A stretch of 64,000 nt of DNA from Haliotis cracherodii (Eukaryota), in the NCBI RefSeq assembly GCF_022045235.1, contig NW_027266264.1, positions 49,352,001-49,416,000 on the forward strand. The letters are read 5' to 3'. The notes below the pieces were generated by a model, which did not search any database, had not been told where the DNA came from, and worked only from the letters and a program-made list of their open reading frames with translations. Positions 26,391 to 38,928 of the stretch are shown here, in pieces. The stretch's first letter is position 1. Each line of letters starts with the position of its first letter. The position numbers were made by a program, and so were the translations under genes.

Positions 26391-26908
26391 AAATGAACAA
26401 TCATTGCCGTTTTCATGTATTCAAAGATTGCATCAGTTTGTCAACTTTGGCAGTTCTAGTGGGCCCATGTCAAGCCCTTTATCCTTATGGCAATAAGGCA
26501 GTTTATTGTGAGTTGATGTAAAGGAAATACTCCACTTTACATACTGAAAGAACATCTTTATTTTAGAAACTTGACGTTGAAACAAAACTTAACAATGTCA
26601 GCTATGCGACGGGTCTTCTCTTGACATAACTGTTGGATCCGGATTCTGTGTGTCTTCTCGTCTGGTCACGCCCCTGGTGTCACGTTATGTAATGGGCGTC
26701 CCTCCAGAGTTTGAAACTAGTATCTTTAACAGAAATAATCGCACAACATAATAAACATCGTTTGTGTTTGGTTCCTGTTGACGAACTGGAATCACTTTTG
26801 ATCGGCACAAATATCGTGAAGTAGAAAAATTATTTTGAATATGTTTAATGGGTCTGGGGTATAAATAAAAGAATGAAGATACAATATTTGGACGTTCTAC
26901 CGCTGGCC

Positions 26909-27173
26909 ACCGAATCGACCAGTTGAGTTTAACACGGAATCGATCAGTTTATTTTAACACCGAATCGATCAGTTTAGTTTTACACCGAATCGAACAGTTG
27001 AGTTGAACACTGAGTTAATAATTTGAGTTTAACAAGGATTCGAGCAGTTGAGTTTAACACTGAATCGGTAAGTTCAGTTTAAAACCGAATCGAACAGTTG
27101 GGGGTTAACAACGAATTGAACAGTTGAGTTTACCACCGAATCGAACAGCTAAGTTTAACAGCGAATCGATCAG
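26909..27173. repeat. 25-bp minisatellite (ACCGAATCGAACAGTTGAGTTTAAC), ~10.5 units
   Basis: Head-to-tail units with no spacers. Confidence 0.9.
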
Positions 27174-27680
27174 AATGTCAGTTTTATCACGGTTATATCA
27201 TGTTAATGTAGGCGGAAGCCCGAGGTCACGCAAAAGGTAGATGTTAACTGTTTTGTTGAAACCAACGAGAATAGATGTGGTCCTGACAAACCAAGGGTGC
27301 ATATAGGATTCAAAGCAACGACTATCAAATTCTTGTGCGGCTAAGAGACGCAAGTCCTCTCAACGAATTCAGCGCCCCGACAACATTTTGCTTGGGTAAC
27401 CGTGCTTCCAAACGAAAAAATGGAAACCTTGAAAATATCGCAAAAGTAAACGGTTCCGATATGCCATACGATGCCTCACTCACGTGCGCTACCTCTATAA
27501 CATTGATGGTAATCTGGAAGAAATCGAGTTAAATCCCCACAGGCCTAATTCTTTGGGGTGCCATATGTTCATATGAAACCTCAGACCGGTGATTTTAGCT
27601 TTTAGAAAAAGAAAGCATATCAAATCTGAAATGTCAAATCTCAAATATACAATACTCTACAGTTACTGTTATTACTTACT

Positions 27681-30383
27681 CTACATTCCTAGAGGTGATT
27701 GGGGCTCTGAAGGTGCAACGATATGCCCTCCCTTATAAGCTTGGAATTTCCTCTGGGAGCTCATGTATTTCCGTAGACTGTGAACCATCATTCTTTGCAT
27801 AACTGCCTTGAAGTCGGCAGGGCTGAACGGGTTCAGCATATTGCTAGTACCTATAGATGGGTCTATGTTGCGGGTTGAAGAAAACCTTGGTTCAAGTGGA
27901 TGGTTCAGTTTGGCATTTACTGAGTTCTCTACTGTCTTTACAGGAACAATATTTTGTATGTGGACTGGAGTCTGGTCAACAACTGCTGCCCCAGCCTGAT
28001 CTGCAGCTAGTGCAGCTACTGCTTGACCACTGACATATGTCTGTGCGCCGCTTAGATCTGCAGCTGGTGTTGTCTGTGTAGTTGCCTGACCATTTGGATC
28101 AACAGCTGAATAGTCTGCACCTGACCGACCTACAGCGGGTGATGTCTGAACACCAACAGGAAGAGGTGCTGATGTCGTCGTGTATGCACCTGCCTGGCCG
28201 CTAACTGGTGTCTGTGCAACTGTAAGATCTGCACCTGAATAGTGTGCACCTGCCTGACCTGCAGGCGTTGTCTGTGCAAAAGTCTGACTTGGAGCTGTAA
28301 CTGGTGCCTGTGTTCCTGTTGGGCTTCCATGTGATACCTCTGTTTGACCTACAGCATGTACCGGTACTCCGGGCTGACCAGGAGTTGACATCTGTAAGTC
28401 TCCTTGACCTGTAGCATGTAACGGTACGCTTTCCTTACCCGGAGTCCATTTCTGTATCGTCCATCGACCTGCAACATATACCGGAAACCAAATCTGACCG
28501 GAAGTCAATGTCTGTTTGCTTCCCTGACCTGCTTTATGTACCGGTGTCCCACTCTGACCTGAAGCCGATGTCTGCATGTTCCCCTGGCCTGCATCATACA
28601 CCGGTGTCCCACTCTGACCTGAAGTCGATGTCTGCATGTTCCCTTGGCCTGCATCATATACTGGTGTCCCACTCTGACCTGAAGTCGATGTCTGCATGTT
28701 CCCTTGAGCTGCATCATATACCGGTGTTCCATTCTGACCTGAAGTCGATGTCTTCATGTTCCCTTGGCCTGCATCAGATACCGGTGTTCCATTCTGACCC
28801 GAAGTCGATATCTGCATGTTCCCTTGGCCTGAATGATATACCGGTGTTCCATTCTGACCTGAAGTCGATGTCTGTATGTTCCCTTGGCCTGCATGATATA
28901 CCGGTGTCCCACTGTAACCTGAAGTCAATGTCTCTCTGTTTCCTAGACCTGCTATATTTACCGGTGTCCCACTCTGACCTGAAGTCGATGTCTGCATGTT
29001 CCCTTGGCCTGCATCATATACCGGTGTCCTACTGTGACCTGAAGTCGATGTCTGCATGTTCCCTTGGCCTGCATGATATACCGGTGTTCCATTCTGAACT
29101 GAAGTCAATGTCTGCATGTTCCCTTGAGCTGCATCATATACCGGTGTCCTACTGTGACCTGAAGTCAATGTCTGTCTGCTTCCTAGAGCTGCATCATATA
29201 CCGGTGTCCCACTGTAACTTGAAGTCAATGTCTGTCTGCTTCCTAGACCTGCTTTATTTACCGGTGTCCCACTCTCACCTGAAGTCGATGTCTGCATGTT
29301 CCCTTGGCCTGAATGATATACCGGTGTCCTACTGTGACCTGAAGTCGATGTCTGCATGTTCCCTTGGCCTGCATGATATACCGGTGTTCCATTCTGAACT
29401 GAAGTCAATGTCTGCATGTTCCCTTGAGCTGCATCATATACCGGTGTCCTACTGTGACCTGAAGTCGATGTCTGTCTGCTTCCTAGAGCTGCATCATATA
29501 CCGGTGTCCCACTGTAACCTGAAGTCAATGTCTGTCTGCTTCCTAGACCTGCTTTATGTACCGGTGTCCCACTCTCACCTGAAGTCGATGTCTGCATGTT
29601 CCCTTGGCCTGAATGATATACCGGTGTTCCATTCTGACCTGAAGTCGATGTCTGCATGTTCCCTTGGCCTGCATCATATACTGGTGTCCCACTGTGACCT
29701 GAAGTCGATGTCTGTACGTTCCCTTGACCTACTGCATATGCCGGAACCCCATTCTGACCTGAAGCTGATGCTGAAACGGAGGGCGAACCTGGCTTCATCA
29801 TGGCAGCACGCATCCTATGCATGTCATACTGATAGTGTTCTGCCATTTTTCTAAATTGTTCAAAAAGACCCTTCATCAGTTGTGACTTCACTGCATTGGT
29901 TGCTTGTGTTATTTGTTGCTGTCGATGTTGCTTCCCGCCAGAGGGCGCAGGTGTAGTTTGAAAAGACCGGGATATAGTTCCTGGCGCTCCTTGGGTCTGT
30001 TTTTGAATATATGATGGTTTCTTTAGGGAGATTTGCAATACCGTCCGTGGACGAGCCTTGGGAATATTAGCTGGCGTTGTGGGTAGTGGAGACGTCACCT
30101 CGGTCTCAGGGGCTTCGTATTCATAATTTTGGGGGTAGGTGGACATTGCTACGCTCCGTGAGATTGGAGTTTGACCTTGAAGCACTTCAGCTGGTTCGAT
30201 ATCTGGCGCTTCGGTTACGGCAGTTGCAGCTGTTGCAACTGGGTTTGGTTGACCTGGTCCTAGCGGAACATGATATCGTATGCTGGCTTGTCCTTGGGCC
30301 ACCTCTTGGGCTTCGACTTCGACCTGGCTCTGCTGCTGTGCTTGTCCAACGCTGAGGCAGAGGCACAAAATGAGGGTTGGGCC
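27681..30383 (-). CDS. Large internal/last coding exon of a probably secreted low-complexity protein with ~21 x 20-aa repeats (QTSTSGQSGTPVYDAGQGNM); start exon not identified
   Basis: Open for ~900 codons, including non-repetitive flanks on both sides. The acceptor catttcag| precedes GPTLILCLCLSVGQA-QQQ, which resembles the second half of a signal peptide and its cleavage site. The 60-bp repeat has no frameshifting indels. Confidence 0.8.
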   Translation of the reverse strand, partial: GPTLILCLCLSVGQAQQQSQVEVEAQEVAQGQASIRYHVPLGPGQPNPVATAATAVTEAPDIEPAEVLQGQTPISRSVAMSTYPQNYEYEAPETEVTSPLPTTPANIPKARPRTVLQISLKKPSYIQKQTQGAPGTISRSFQTTPAPSGGKQHRQQQITQATNAVKSQLMKGLFEQFRKMAEHYQYDMHRMRAAMMKPGSPSVSASASGQNGVPAYAVGQGNVQTSTSGHSGTPVYDAGQGNMQTSTSGQNGTPVYHSGQGNMQTSTSGESGTPVHKAGLGSRQTLTSGYSGTPVYDAALGSRQTSTSGHSRTPVYDAAQGNMQTLTSVQNGTPVYHAGQGNMQTSTSGHSRTPVYHSGQGNMQTSTSGESGTPVNKAGLGSRQTLTSSYSGTPVYDAALGSRQTLTSGHSRTPVYDAAQGNMQTLTSVQNGTPVYHAGQGNMQTSTSGHSRTPVYDAGQGNMQTSTSGQSGTPVNIAGLGNRETLTSGYSGTPVYHAGQGNIQTSTSGQNGTPVYHSGQGNMQISTSGQNGTPVSDAGQGNMKTSTSGQNGTPVYDAAQGNMQTSTSGQSGTPVYDAGQGNMQTSTSGQSGTPVYDAGQGNMQTSASGQSGTPVHKAGQGSKQTLTSGQIWFPVYVAGRWTIQKWTPGKESVPLHATGQGDLQMSTPGQPGVPVHAVGQTEVSHGSPTGTQAPVTAPSQTFAQTTPAGQAGAHYSGADLTVAQTPVSGQAGAYTTTSAPLPVGVQTSPAVGRSGADYSAVDPNGQATTQTTPAADLSGAQTYVSGQAVAALAADQAGAAVVDQTPVHIQNIVPVKTVENSVNAKLNHPLEPRFSSTRNIDPSIGTSNMLNPFSPADFKAVMQRMMVHSLRKYMSSQRKFQAYKGGHIVAPSEPQSPLGM
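28490..29770. repeat. Coding 60-bp tandem repeat (~21 units) with a 300-bp higher-order period
   Basis: Successive 60-nt sequence lines are near-identical. Lines 29041/29341 and 29101/29401 are identical, and 28921/29221/29521 share diagnostic variants. Confidence 0.95.
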
Positions 30384-30616
30384 CTGAAATGTGAAACAAA
30401 TGATGATAATTTTACCCAGAACTACTTGTTATTTTTTCACACTATTTACGGTGACATGTCTGGTTATATGTATTCCATATATTCAATTTAAAATGGCATC
30501 AAGCTGGCCATCTGTCTAGTTGATTTCTATAAGAAATAAAGGATAAGTGGGAGTTATTTATCGCACAATAAAAAACACTGCAGGGAGAATAAATCACGAG
30601 GGGCGCAATTCATATA

Positions 30617-30791
30617 CAGTAAACTACGGTTATAACGAACACGGTTATAACGAACAAATGGATATAACGAACTAACTTTTTAGTCCCGACTATTTGCTGT
30701 AGTTATGCTGTATATATGCTTATAACGAATTACGGTTATAACGAACTAAAATTAGTATTCCCTTTGAGTTCGTTATAACCGTTGTTTACTG
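30617..30791. mobile_element. Tc1/pogo-type MITE
   Basis: TA|cagtaaactacggttataacgaac ... gttcgttataaccgttgtttactg|TA, with internal repeats of ttataacgaa. Confidence 0.85.
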
Positions 30792-31689
30792 TATAAGAAT
30801 TGAAAATGTTACAATTATCTGTATAGTGTTCTCACCAAGTTGTTTCAAAGTAACATCTTCGCTAAGCCAAATGATATAGATGTCCAGTTGTGATATATTT
30901 ATACAAAATGCGTTTGTGGCATTTAGAGGTTGGATATTTAAGTGATGACGATGATCAACCTCTTCATTAAAATGGTAGCGACGTTTCGGCGTAGCTTCTA
31001 TCAGTTGCTTTGTAACGGTGTTACGATTGTAATAAAGAGGATGATAATCTTTATTATCTTGTCATTAATATTCATACCCAAATAGGTACAATATGTGAAG
31101 CCATTTCTCGTGTCCCGTGATATTGCTGGAATATGCTAAACATGCGGCGTAAAACCATACTCACTCACTAATATTCATACGAACCATAAAAGAAAGTAAC
31201 CGGAGGAATCCCACTAATGACTGCGATGAAGTTGACGGTAAATTTCAATTTACATATTACTTATATTTTATACTCCATGACTAATGAATCAAACCCGATC
31301 AGAAAAATGAAAAATAGGAACAAAACAGCAATACAATTACGTCTCAAATTGATAATTGTAAATGGAAAACTTACAAAAATGGCGTGAAACCTTGACGACA
31401 TGATGTCAGTGGGTCGGCTGAAGTGGCTACTGATATAGAAAAGACACAGGCATATATATTTAGATGAAATGTACAAGATATTGACAAGCTATCAGTCAAC
31501 AGTGACAGGTGTAACACGATGAGACAACGAACGTGATTTACGAGCACATGCTGACGTTCATGATCTACGGCTATATGCGGCCCGCAGGTAAAGTATAACT
31601 TTATTACATTACATGAGGTAGTGTGTTGTGGAACGGAAGTGCATGTTTCACAGGAGAGTGGATATCCGTGTTAGGGTATAATCTTACCT

Positions 31690-33060
31690 GTAATCCCTGA
31701 TCAGGGCCCCGTGAAATTGTAAAGTGTTTTGTCCCATGCGCCTTTGTTCACTGAAATATTTACATTTGAAAATATAGAGGAATGCATCTCCAATGTCAAA
31801 AGTATCACGCAGCTTGCATAAACGTTCATTAACGGAGTTCCATCTTCCTGGCGGGCGTTGACAAGATGACAAGATGTCCCAAAAGTTAGCAGTTTAAACG
31901 ATAAGTAGAGAAGAATGTTTATTAAATATTTTTCAAGTTTATTGGCGATTTTAAAAATACGATGTGTGGAGCATTTCCTAGAATTTGAAATATCCGCTTT
32001 CAGAAATTGCTAATATGGGTCAGAGAGAGTTTTAGAGACATATGATTTCAACCAGGGGGTGAATTAAAACTCTGTGATATCCAGATATAGGAAATACCTA
32101 TTATAGTTTAATAAAAGACACCCATTTATAAGTCCGTTGATTTACAATTGAGTCTCTATACAAGACTGAATACAATACAAACGATAGTCTGCTACATTTT
32201 CTTGACATAAGCTTCAACAAGAAATTTAACATTCTTAAGTCAACATTTAGACGAAGGAGGGTTCTGCCTAGTTCTCCATAGAGAATTGTTAAAGGCTTTT
32301 CTTTACGGGTAGACATTTTCTGAGAAACTGTACGTGAACCTTTTCAATTAGTATACGACGCTCATTGCCCTATATTTCACAACCATACAGTAGTATTACC
32401 TAACCATGGCGTCAAACAGATAGAGTTGGCGTTTTAAAGAGAGATTGCTGTTTTTTTTTGTTTTAACAGATTTAGAAAATGTATAATTGCTTTGGAAATA
32501 TAAACCAAGATGTGTATATTCATCCACAAAATCCAAATAATCATTCAAAATAAATTTCCTTCTTTTATCAATTTTTGCACCACGGAAAAAGGGCCTTCGT
32601 TTTATCTGTGTTCACAGTTAGTTTCCACAATTTACAATTAGTTTCAACACAATCAGGTGATTTCTGTAGGTCTTTACGTGTCTGAGCTGTGAAGTAAATA
32701 TACAGAAGTACAAATAAAACTAGACCAGAATCTACAAAACAATCAAGTGTAGTAACCCTGTACAATCATGTTTCGTACAATAGGATTCTAGATCATTCAA
32801 ATACAAGGAAAAAGGAAATGGTGAAAATTTTCCCCCTAATCTATCTCCAACATTACAATCAAATAACTCTGACTTTAAACCATTCACAGACACATACGGT
32901 TTGAAACGATCATACATTGATGTTATGATACGTAAGCATTTTCCATTAATCCCCTTGGCTTATAATTTACACCAAAATTAATTCTCCATACACTATCAAA
33001 ATACTTTTTAAGATCTATAAAACAGCAGAACACTTTCTGTTTTCGTTCTTTAAGCAACTC
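31690..33060 (-). mobile_element. Degenerate non-LTR retrotransposon RT/C-terminal fragment (RTE-X-like)
   Basis: Fragments SELFDCNVGDRLGGKFSPFPFSLYLNDLE, WKLTVNTDKTK, LYGELGR and GRWNSVNERLCKL..DIGD..YIFKCKYFSEQR, with many frameshifts. Confidence 0.8.
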
Positions 33061-34220
33061 GATTTTTTTAAGCTATCGAGTGTGTGCTTCTGAAAGAATG
33101 TTTTCATTTACCAAGTTAGTGTTTATTCGACGTGCATCCACAGCGATGACCATATCCCGTAGAGATCACTATGAGAAAAAAAACCTCTTTCCCGTTCCAC
33201 AAAGCGATCTTAGCACTAAGATGATCGTAGGCCTATGTTAAAGTATGTTAAGATCACCTCAGCGCTGAGATCATTTTATGGAACGGAGACAAGATTTAAT
33301 TTTCACAGTCTATTTTTATATTTACTATATTTACTATAGATTTACCTGTCAAAGCTAAATATACATAAGAAGCGTACATGTCAACATGCCAGTCATCCGT
33401 CATGCAGGTAAGCAATTAAAGCCGTCCGCTCAGCAAGACTTGTGATGACCAATAACGGCACGTCTCCTTCATGAACGCGGATCATGTCAACATCACATTA
33501 GACTACAGAACTGAAGGGCTCGCATGCCCAGTGACTGCTCCATACATCATTCTTGTTAACCGGATTCCACGTATGGTGGACAAATGGACAGACTAATCAA
33601 GTGTCCTCGGGGTGGATCATCTTTAGGGAAGTTATCAGGACCTTGTTTGTTGACGAGAACTTGTCGAATACAATGTCGTACTCACGTAAGTGGTGATAAG
33701 TTTTCCATGACGCAAATGATATAACATGTAAAGTCACTTCGTCGTCTTGTTTAAGAAGCATATGTATTTTGTTCACTTGAATGAATGAACCTGGAGGTTT
33801 TATGTGTATAACACTACTGACACTACAAGAACAATCCTAGCCACTTGAAATAGAATGTAGAAATATCGCGATTATTAATTATGATAACCGCTCGCAGTCA
33901 CGTGACTGCCGATCCCAACCGACATTGTAACTACATGATCAAAACTCAGTGACGATGTTTTTCGCCAGCAAAATGGATATTTCTTGAAAAGAGCACTTTG
34001 TGCTTTTTGTCGTTGCTGTAAGTAATGTTCCTTATCGCCGGTGTGGCTTGCTTTCGCTTTATAAGAATAAGAACACATGCAGCTAATTTCCTTAATCTGT
34101 AATTGCTATATTTCGTGATTATATTTCCAGTGGCGAGGAATATAGAACATCCTAGTCAGTTCTCTGCATCCTACAACTGCACAAGGCGTGAGGAGATCTC
34201 CTGAGCATCTCGTTTAGATC

Positions 34221-34493
34221 GAGTTAATTGGATTTAACGCCGCTTTTAACATTATTCCAGTTATATCAAGGCGTGTCAGCTTAATGTGGGAGGAAAGCCC
34301 GAAGTGAAGCAGGTCTTAGACGTTTACCACTTCGGTGAAACCCACGAGCACGGGTATGGTGCTGACAAACCTAGAAACATAATCGGGGCGAACCGGGATT
34401 CGAACCCACAATCATAGGTTTCTGGCGAGCCCAAGGGACGCAACTCTGCACACCGAATTGCGGCGCCTTAGAAGTCTGGGCTACCCGTGCCCC
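34221..34493 (-). mobile_element. SINE family B copy
   Basis: Reverse complement of 39427-39706. Confidence 0.88.
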
Positions 34494-37400
34494 ATAAACA
34501 GATCAATACATGTACTTCAGTAAAGAAGAGCACATAGTTACTCAAAGCGCAAGTATACACCATGACATTAGAAACTGAAATAATTGTAGACCAAAAACGT
34601 CATCTGGTCATCTCGGCCTTCAGATATCATAAAAAGGTTCATTGTACGATTCCGACTATAGCATATGTACGTGTTATCCTCAATCATCCAGTATATTATT
34701 TTTCCATTCTACTTTTAGAAATACCGTGGACCCATTCGCCAACATTGATTTATTTTGAGCCCGATCCGAATAACGCGATCCATTCAAACTGCATTCAAAG
34801 GCGAAAGATTATGTGTGCTGCGATACCGATAGAAATGATGGACCTGGTGAAGTCAGTTCCGAAACGAAGCGGTCCAGGAGATCTATTATGACAGAATGAA
34901 GATAATACCACACTAGATGACCAAGATTATCAGCTAACAAAAACTCTTCTCTCTGGCTCCCAAACTGACACATAATTAGTTAAACTTTTGGCCCACAAAC
35001 CAATCCGCCTTTACCTCATCCCATGTATGCTATAAATATTAATTACCTGTCAACAAAAAAAACAAACCAATTTTGTTTTAGAACCTCCCCAAAAAAATCC
35101 CAATCAAAACACGCTTAATGTAAATGTAAACAAAGTTTTCCCAATTCGGATCGGTATCGAAAATACCAGCGGTGACTGTCCTCTACGACGTCTGCGCACT
35201 AGATTTCAGTTACCCATGCTAACGACAACTAACATCAATCAACCAGCCAACAATTTAAGGTCAAGGACCTTCACAGTCACCCTCACGCAACAACCCACCA
35301 GCCTCTCAGCTTCACTGCATTTTTTTATAAACCCCACTAAGCTATACCTTTTTTATCAAATTAGAATAATTTCCTAATATGTTAGATTAATTATAAATTT
35401 TAGACCATAAGCGCTATGAAATTAACTGTCTTATATAGTAAATCAATTTTAGTATATATATTATAAAACTCATTATATAACCTTAATACCCTAGATGTAT
35501 ATTTTACACTATAGGATGTAGCATTAGGTTTATGACCCCTCAGTTACAGTTTTTTGGGTATGGTGATTAACTTTATTGAAATATTATTCATATTTTCTTT
35601 TCCCCACTTACCCCGTCCACGAAACCCCTAAAATCCAGTCCAGTCCAGACTAGTACAAGCAAGCACACACAAACGTGCATGCAGGTCGCTATATAAGTCC
35701 GATAATCTTGGACGCGACGTTAAACCCCATTACACCTCACCAACTGCGTTCAGTGCTTTGCTTCTGGATGGCACTGAGGCAAATGAGCTTCAGACAAACA
35801 GCCTAATAACCGCCATGTCGATGGGACGTGGAGGTGGGTACTTGGGGGATCAAAAACACAGACACAGAAATAGCATTCGTCGACACTCGCCCCTTTTCGT
35901 AACATGCAAGGCTTGTCCCGGAATAACACGAGTTGGTCACGAATGACAGAAATAGTAGGCTTTCACGCAACACAGTTTTATCACTTTATCGGAAATCTAA
36001 ACACTATAACTTTAGGCCTCAACATATAGATTATTTTCCCGCATAAAAACTAATTACTTGCATTTCTCTTTGAGCAGATTTTATAATGGCACGCAAATGG
36101 CTGTATTTAGCTGTAAAAAGCAAAAATCCTTCATACTAAACTTCTAATGGAAAATAAGCCACAAGGTCAGTGAGAATATACTGAGAATATTCATCAGAGA
36201 AATGACGGCTGATGGGGTATATATTTGACATAAAAAAACACATCACCAGCTGTTGACATTTTAACAAGGCATAAATAATCACTTTGTCATACAGCCTTAG
36301 TGATGTGAAGCTTCTCATTGCATCTACAGCATCGTCTTATTACTTGTGTTTTTAATTGTTGTGTTATTTTCTAGTCCAGTGGGTTCGTGTTTTTGTCGGT
36401 GGGAATCTATTTTGCTGATTTGTGGACGGTAAACACTGATGCTTAAAAAAGGAAAATAATATAAACAATGAAGTACAAATTTACACAGCACGAGTCATAA
36501 AAAGCAAAGTATGAATATGACATACCTCATTAAGGTTAGCATAGCAAAGAGAATAGATTCGTTCGCCCCTTAGTAAAGCAGTAAGGAGGCGGTGGTGTAG
36601 CCAAGTGATTAAGGTTGGCTCGTCACGCCGGAGACCGGGTTCGATTCCTACACGAGTACAAGCCTATGCTTGATGTTCCCCTCTGTTGTCTGGCAGAATG
36701 CTAAATCAATATTCACTCATTAATCCTTGCCAGTTTCAATTTAACATACCTAGAATTTATTTTACCAATATGTTGAGTGTGTTTTTACTCTGTTGTAAGC
36801 AATATTACAGCACTATCACGACATGGGGAACGGAATATGTTGTACCCATGTGTGGAATCGACCCCGGGCCCAAGCGAATGGCTTAACCACCAGGCTAACA
36901 TACTCCTGAACGTTTGAAGAGCCGCTACTAACAACTATCTCGTCTGACGATGGTAAAGCGTTGACACGATATGTAAACGATTTAGAGAGTAGCCTACGAG
37001 TTACGAGGACTTGTGGGCTCTCTGTCCCGAGTGAATAAATTTTGTTTTCACTTTCAACTTTATTTCACGAACCTATATCCTTTTTATCTGAGATAAAATA
37101 AAGAAAATAATGTGGGTTTCCCTGTCACAAGTGAAGACATCGGCACAGTTAACCTTTGTTGAAACGACATCACAGAAAACAGTATGTGACGTCAAGAGCA
37201 ATGGATGCCGTCATCTTTTATTATTTTCCGATAGTACGATGATACGCAAACAGAGAGCTTAGGGCCTTTTATCCCCAATAAAAACAATTGAACAGCTGAC
37301 TTGAATTAGCCAATCAGCATGAAGCTAAATTCAAAAAGCTCAGAGAAAATAAAACAGTTGCTACGATATTCTTGTATGTGTAGTTAATATTGTTAACAAA

Positions 37401-37616
37401 AACGCTGCTAGGATGACATAGTTACAAGGTCATGTCGATAACGATCGTATACTGCCAAGGGAGCTGAGAATGCTATCTGAGTACACCATCGTCCACGTGT
37501 TAACATTGATCAACATCTAACTCTATACTATCGTATCAGCCTAAAACATTATTGCACAGCTCTGTTGTTAAGATTTGTTGATTTTGTTGTTGGGGTTGTC
37601 AAATAAACATCCAGCT

Positions 37617-37877
37617 GACCCGCGAAGATCCGGGGTAGAATAGGCCTTCAACATCCAATGCTTGCCGTAAAAGGCGACTATGCTTGTCGTAAGAGGCGAC
37701 TAACGGGATCGGGTGGTCAGGCTCGCTGCCTTGGTTGATGCATGTCATCGTATCCCAATAGCGTAGATCTGTGCTCACGATATCAATCACTGGATTGTCT
37801 GGTCCAGACTCGATTATTTACAGACCGCCGTCATATAGATTGAATATTGCTGAGTGCGGCGTTAAACAAACAAACAA
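37617..37877 (+). mobile_element. SINE family A, full-length copy
   Basis: Collinear with 38929-39195; near-perfect TSD aaaca(t/a)ccagct. Confidence 0.9.
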
Positions 37878-38348
37878 ACAACCAGCTCAAAAATGTAGTT
37901 ATCAGCAGTTAACATACTGATACAGGCAGTTCAAGGTTAACACTCTTCCACATCCAGATCCGATCTGTAATCAGTTATGTATAATTCAACTGTTCAAACA
38001 AACAACACACCTAAGCCTTGTTCGCGACAGCCGACTTTACCTGTTACAGACATGTCAACATATTTGCCGTAAAAATCTTGACAAGCTCTGATCTTGAATG
38101 ATTTCCCAATGTATGTATTATATAAAACAGGTAGCCTGGTGATTGACGGAGATGAATTGCGAGCACTTGGAAGCACGCTGTTATCAGTTACGCTGATGGG
38201 ACATTCATCCGGAATAATGGCCCTTCTATAAACCATCCGTCTTAGCAGTGGAAGAGACACATTGTGGATGTTCTTTTCACGAGCTGATGTCAAGGACAGT
38301 GTCACGAATGAAGATAATGTTCACTTATACTGATAGGTGGCCTACATG

Positions 38349-38693
38349 GTTTGTTTGTTTGTTTGTTTGTTTGTTGTTTAACGCTGTACTCATCAATATT
38401 CCAGCTATATGACGGCGGACTGCAAATAATCGAGTCTGGGCCAGAGAATCAAGTGATCACCGATTTCTGTTTGTTTGTCTTTTTGTTGTTTAACGCCGCG
38501 CTCAGTAATATTCCAGCTATATGACGGCGGTCTGTAAATAATCGAGTCTGGGCCAGAGAATCCAGTAATTGATATCATGAGCATCGATCCACGCAATTGG
38601 GATCGATGACATGCATCAACAAGGTCAGCGAGTCGCCTCTTACGGCAAGCATGGGTTTCTGGGGATCTATTCTAACCCGGATCTTCACGGGTC
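38349..38693 (-). mobile_element. SINE family A: one truncated plus one near-full copy in tandem
   Basis: Reverse complement of the family; ends ggatcttcacgggtc. Confidence 0.85.
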
Positions 38694-38928
38694 CAACCCG
38701 CTGTTAATGAAATTGTTTTTAACAGACATTTTAACACATTTCATTTTGACACAGATTAAAGAAATATGTGTTTTGTTAAGGTATGTTACCAGCAAAAAAA
38801 GCAAAGGATGGATTTCAGTTATTTTGCTAAATAGTAAATTTGGGGGGAAATTAAACGAATTTGCATTGTTGGTAAAATACCTTTATGACAGATCCAGATT
38901 GTTTCATCTTTGTTGCCTTTAAGTATAC

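Noticed and set aside
25350-26496. Cys/Met-rich small ORFs
   Set aside because: Translations of the TGTTCAA satellite.
26909-27173. CRISPR-like appearance of the 25-bp repeat
   Set aside because: Units are head-to-tail with no unique spacers, there are no cas genes, and the context is eukaryotic.
28508-29854. 448-aa + strand ORF
   Set aside because: Antisense shadow confined to the 60-bp repeat; the - strand frame extends well beyond the repeat on both sides.
33346-33400. Candidate first exon (MYASYVYLALT, - strand) for the repeat protein
   Set aside because: Ends in phase 1 whereas the large exon begins in phase 0; it would need an unseen intermediate exon.
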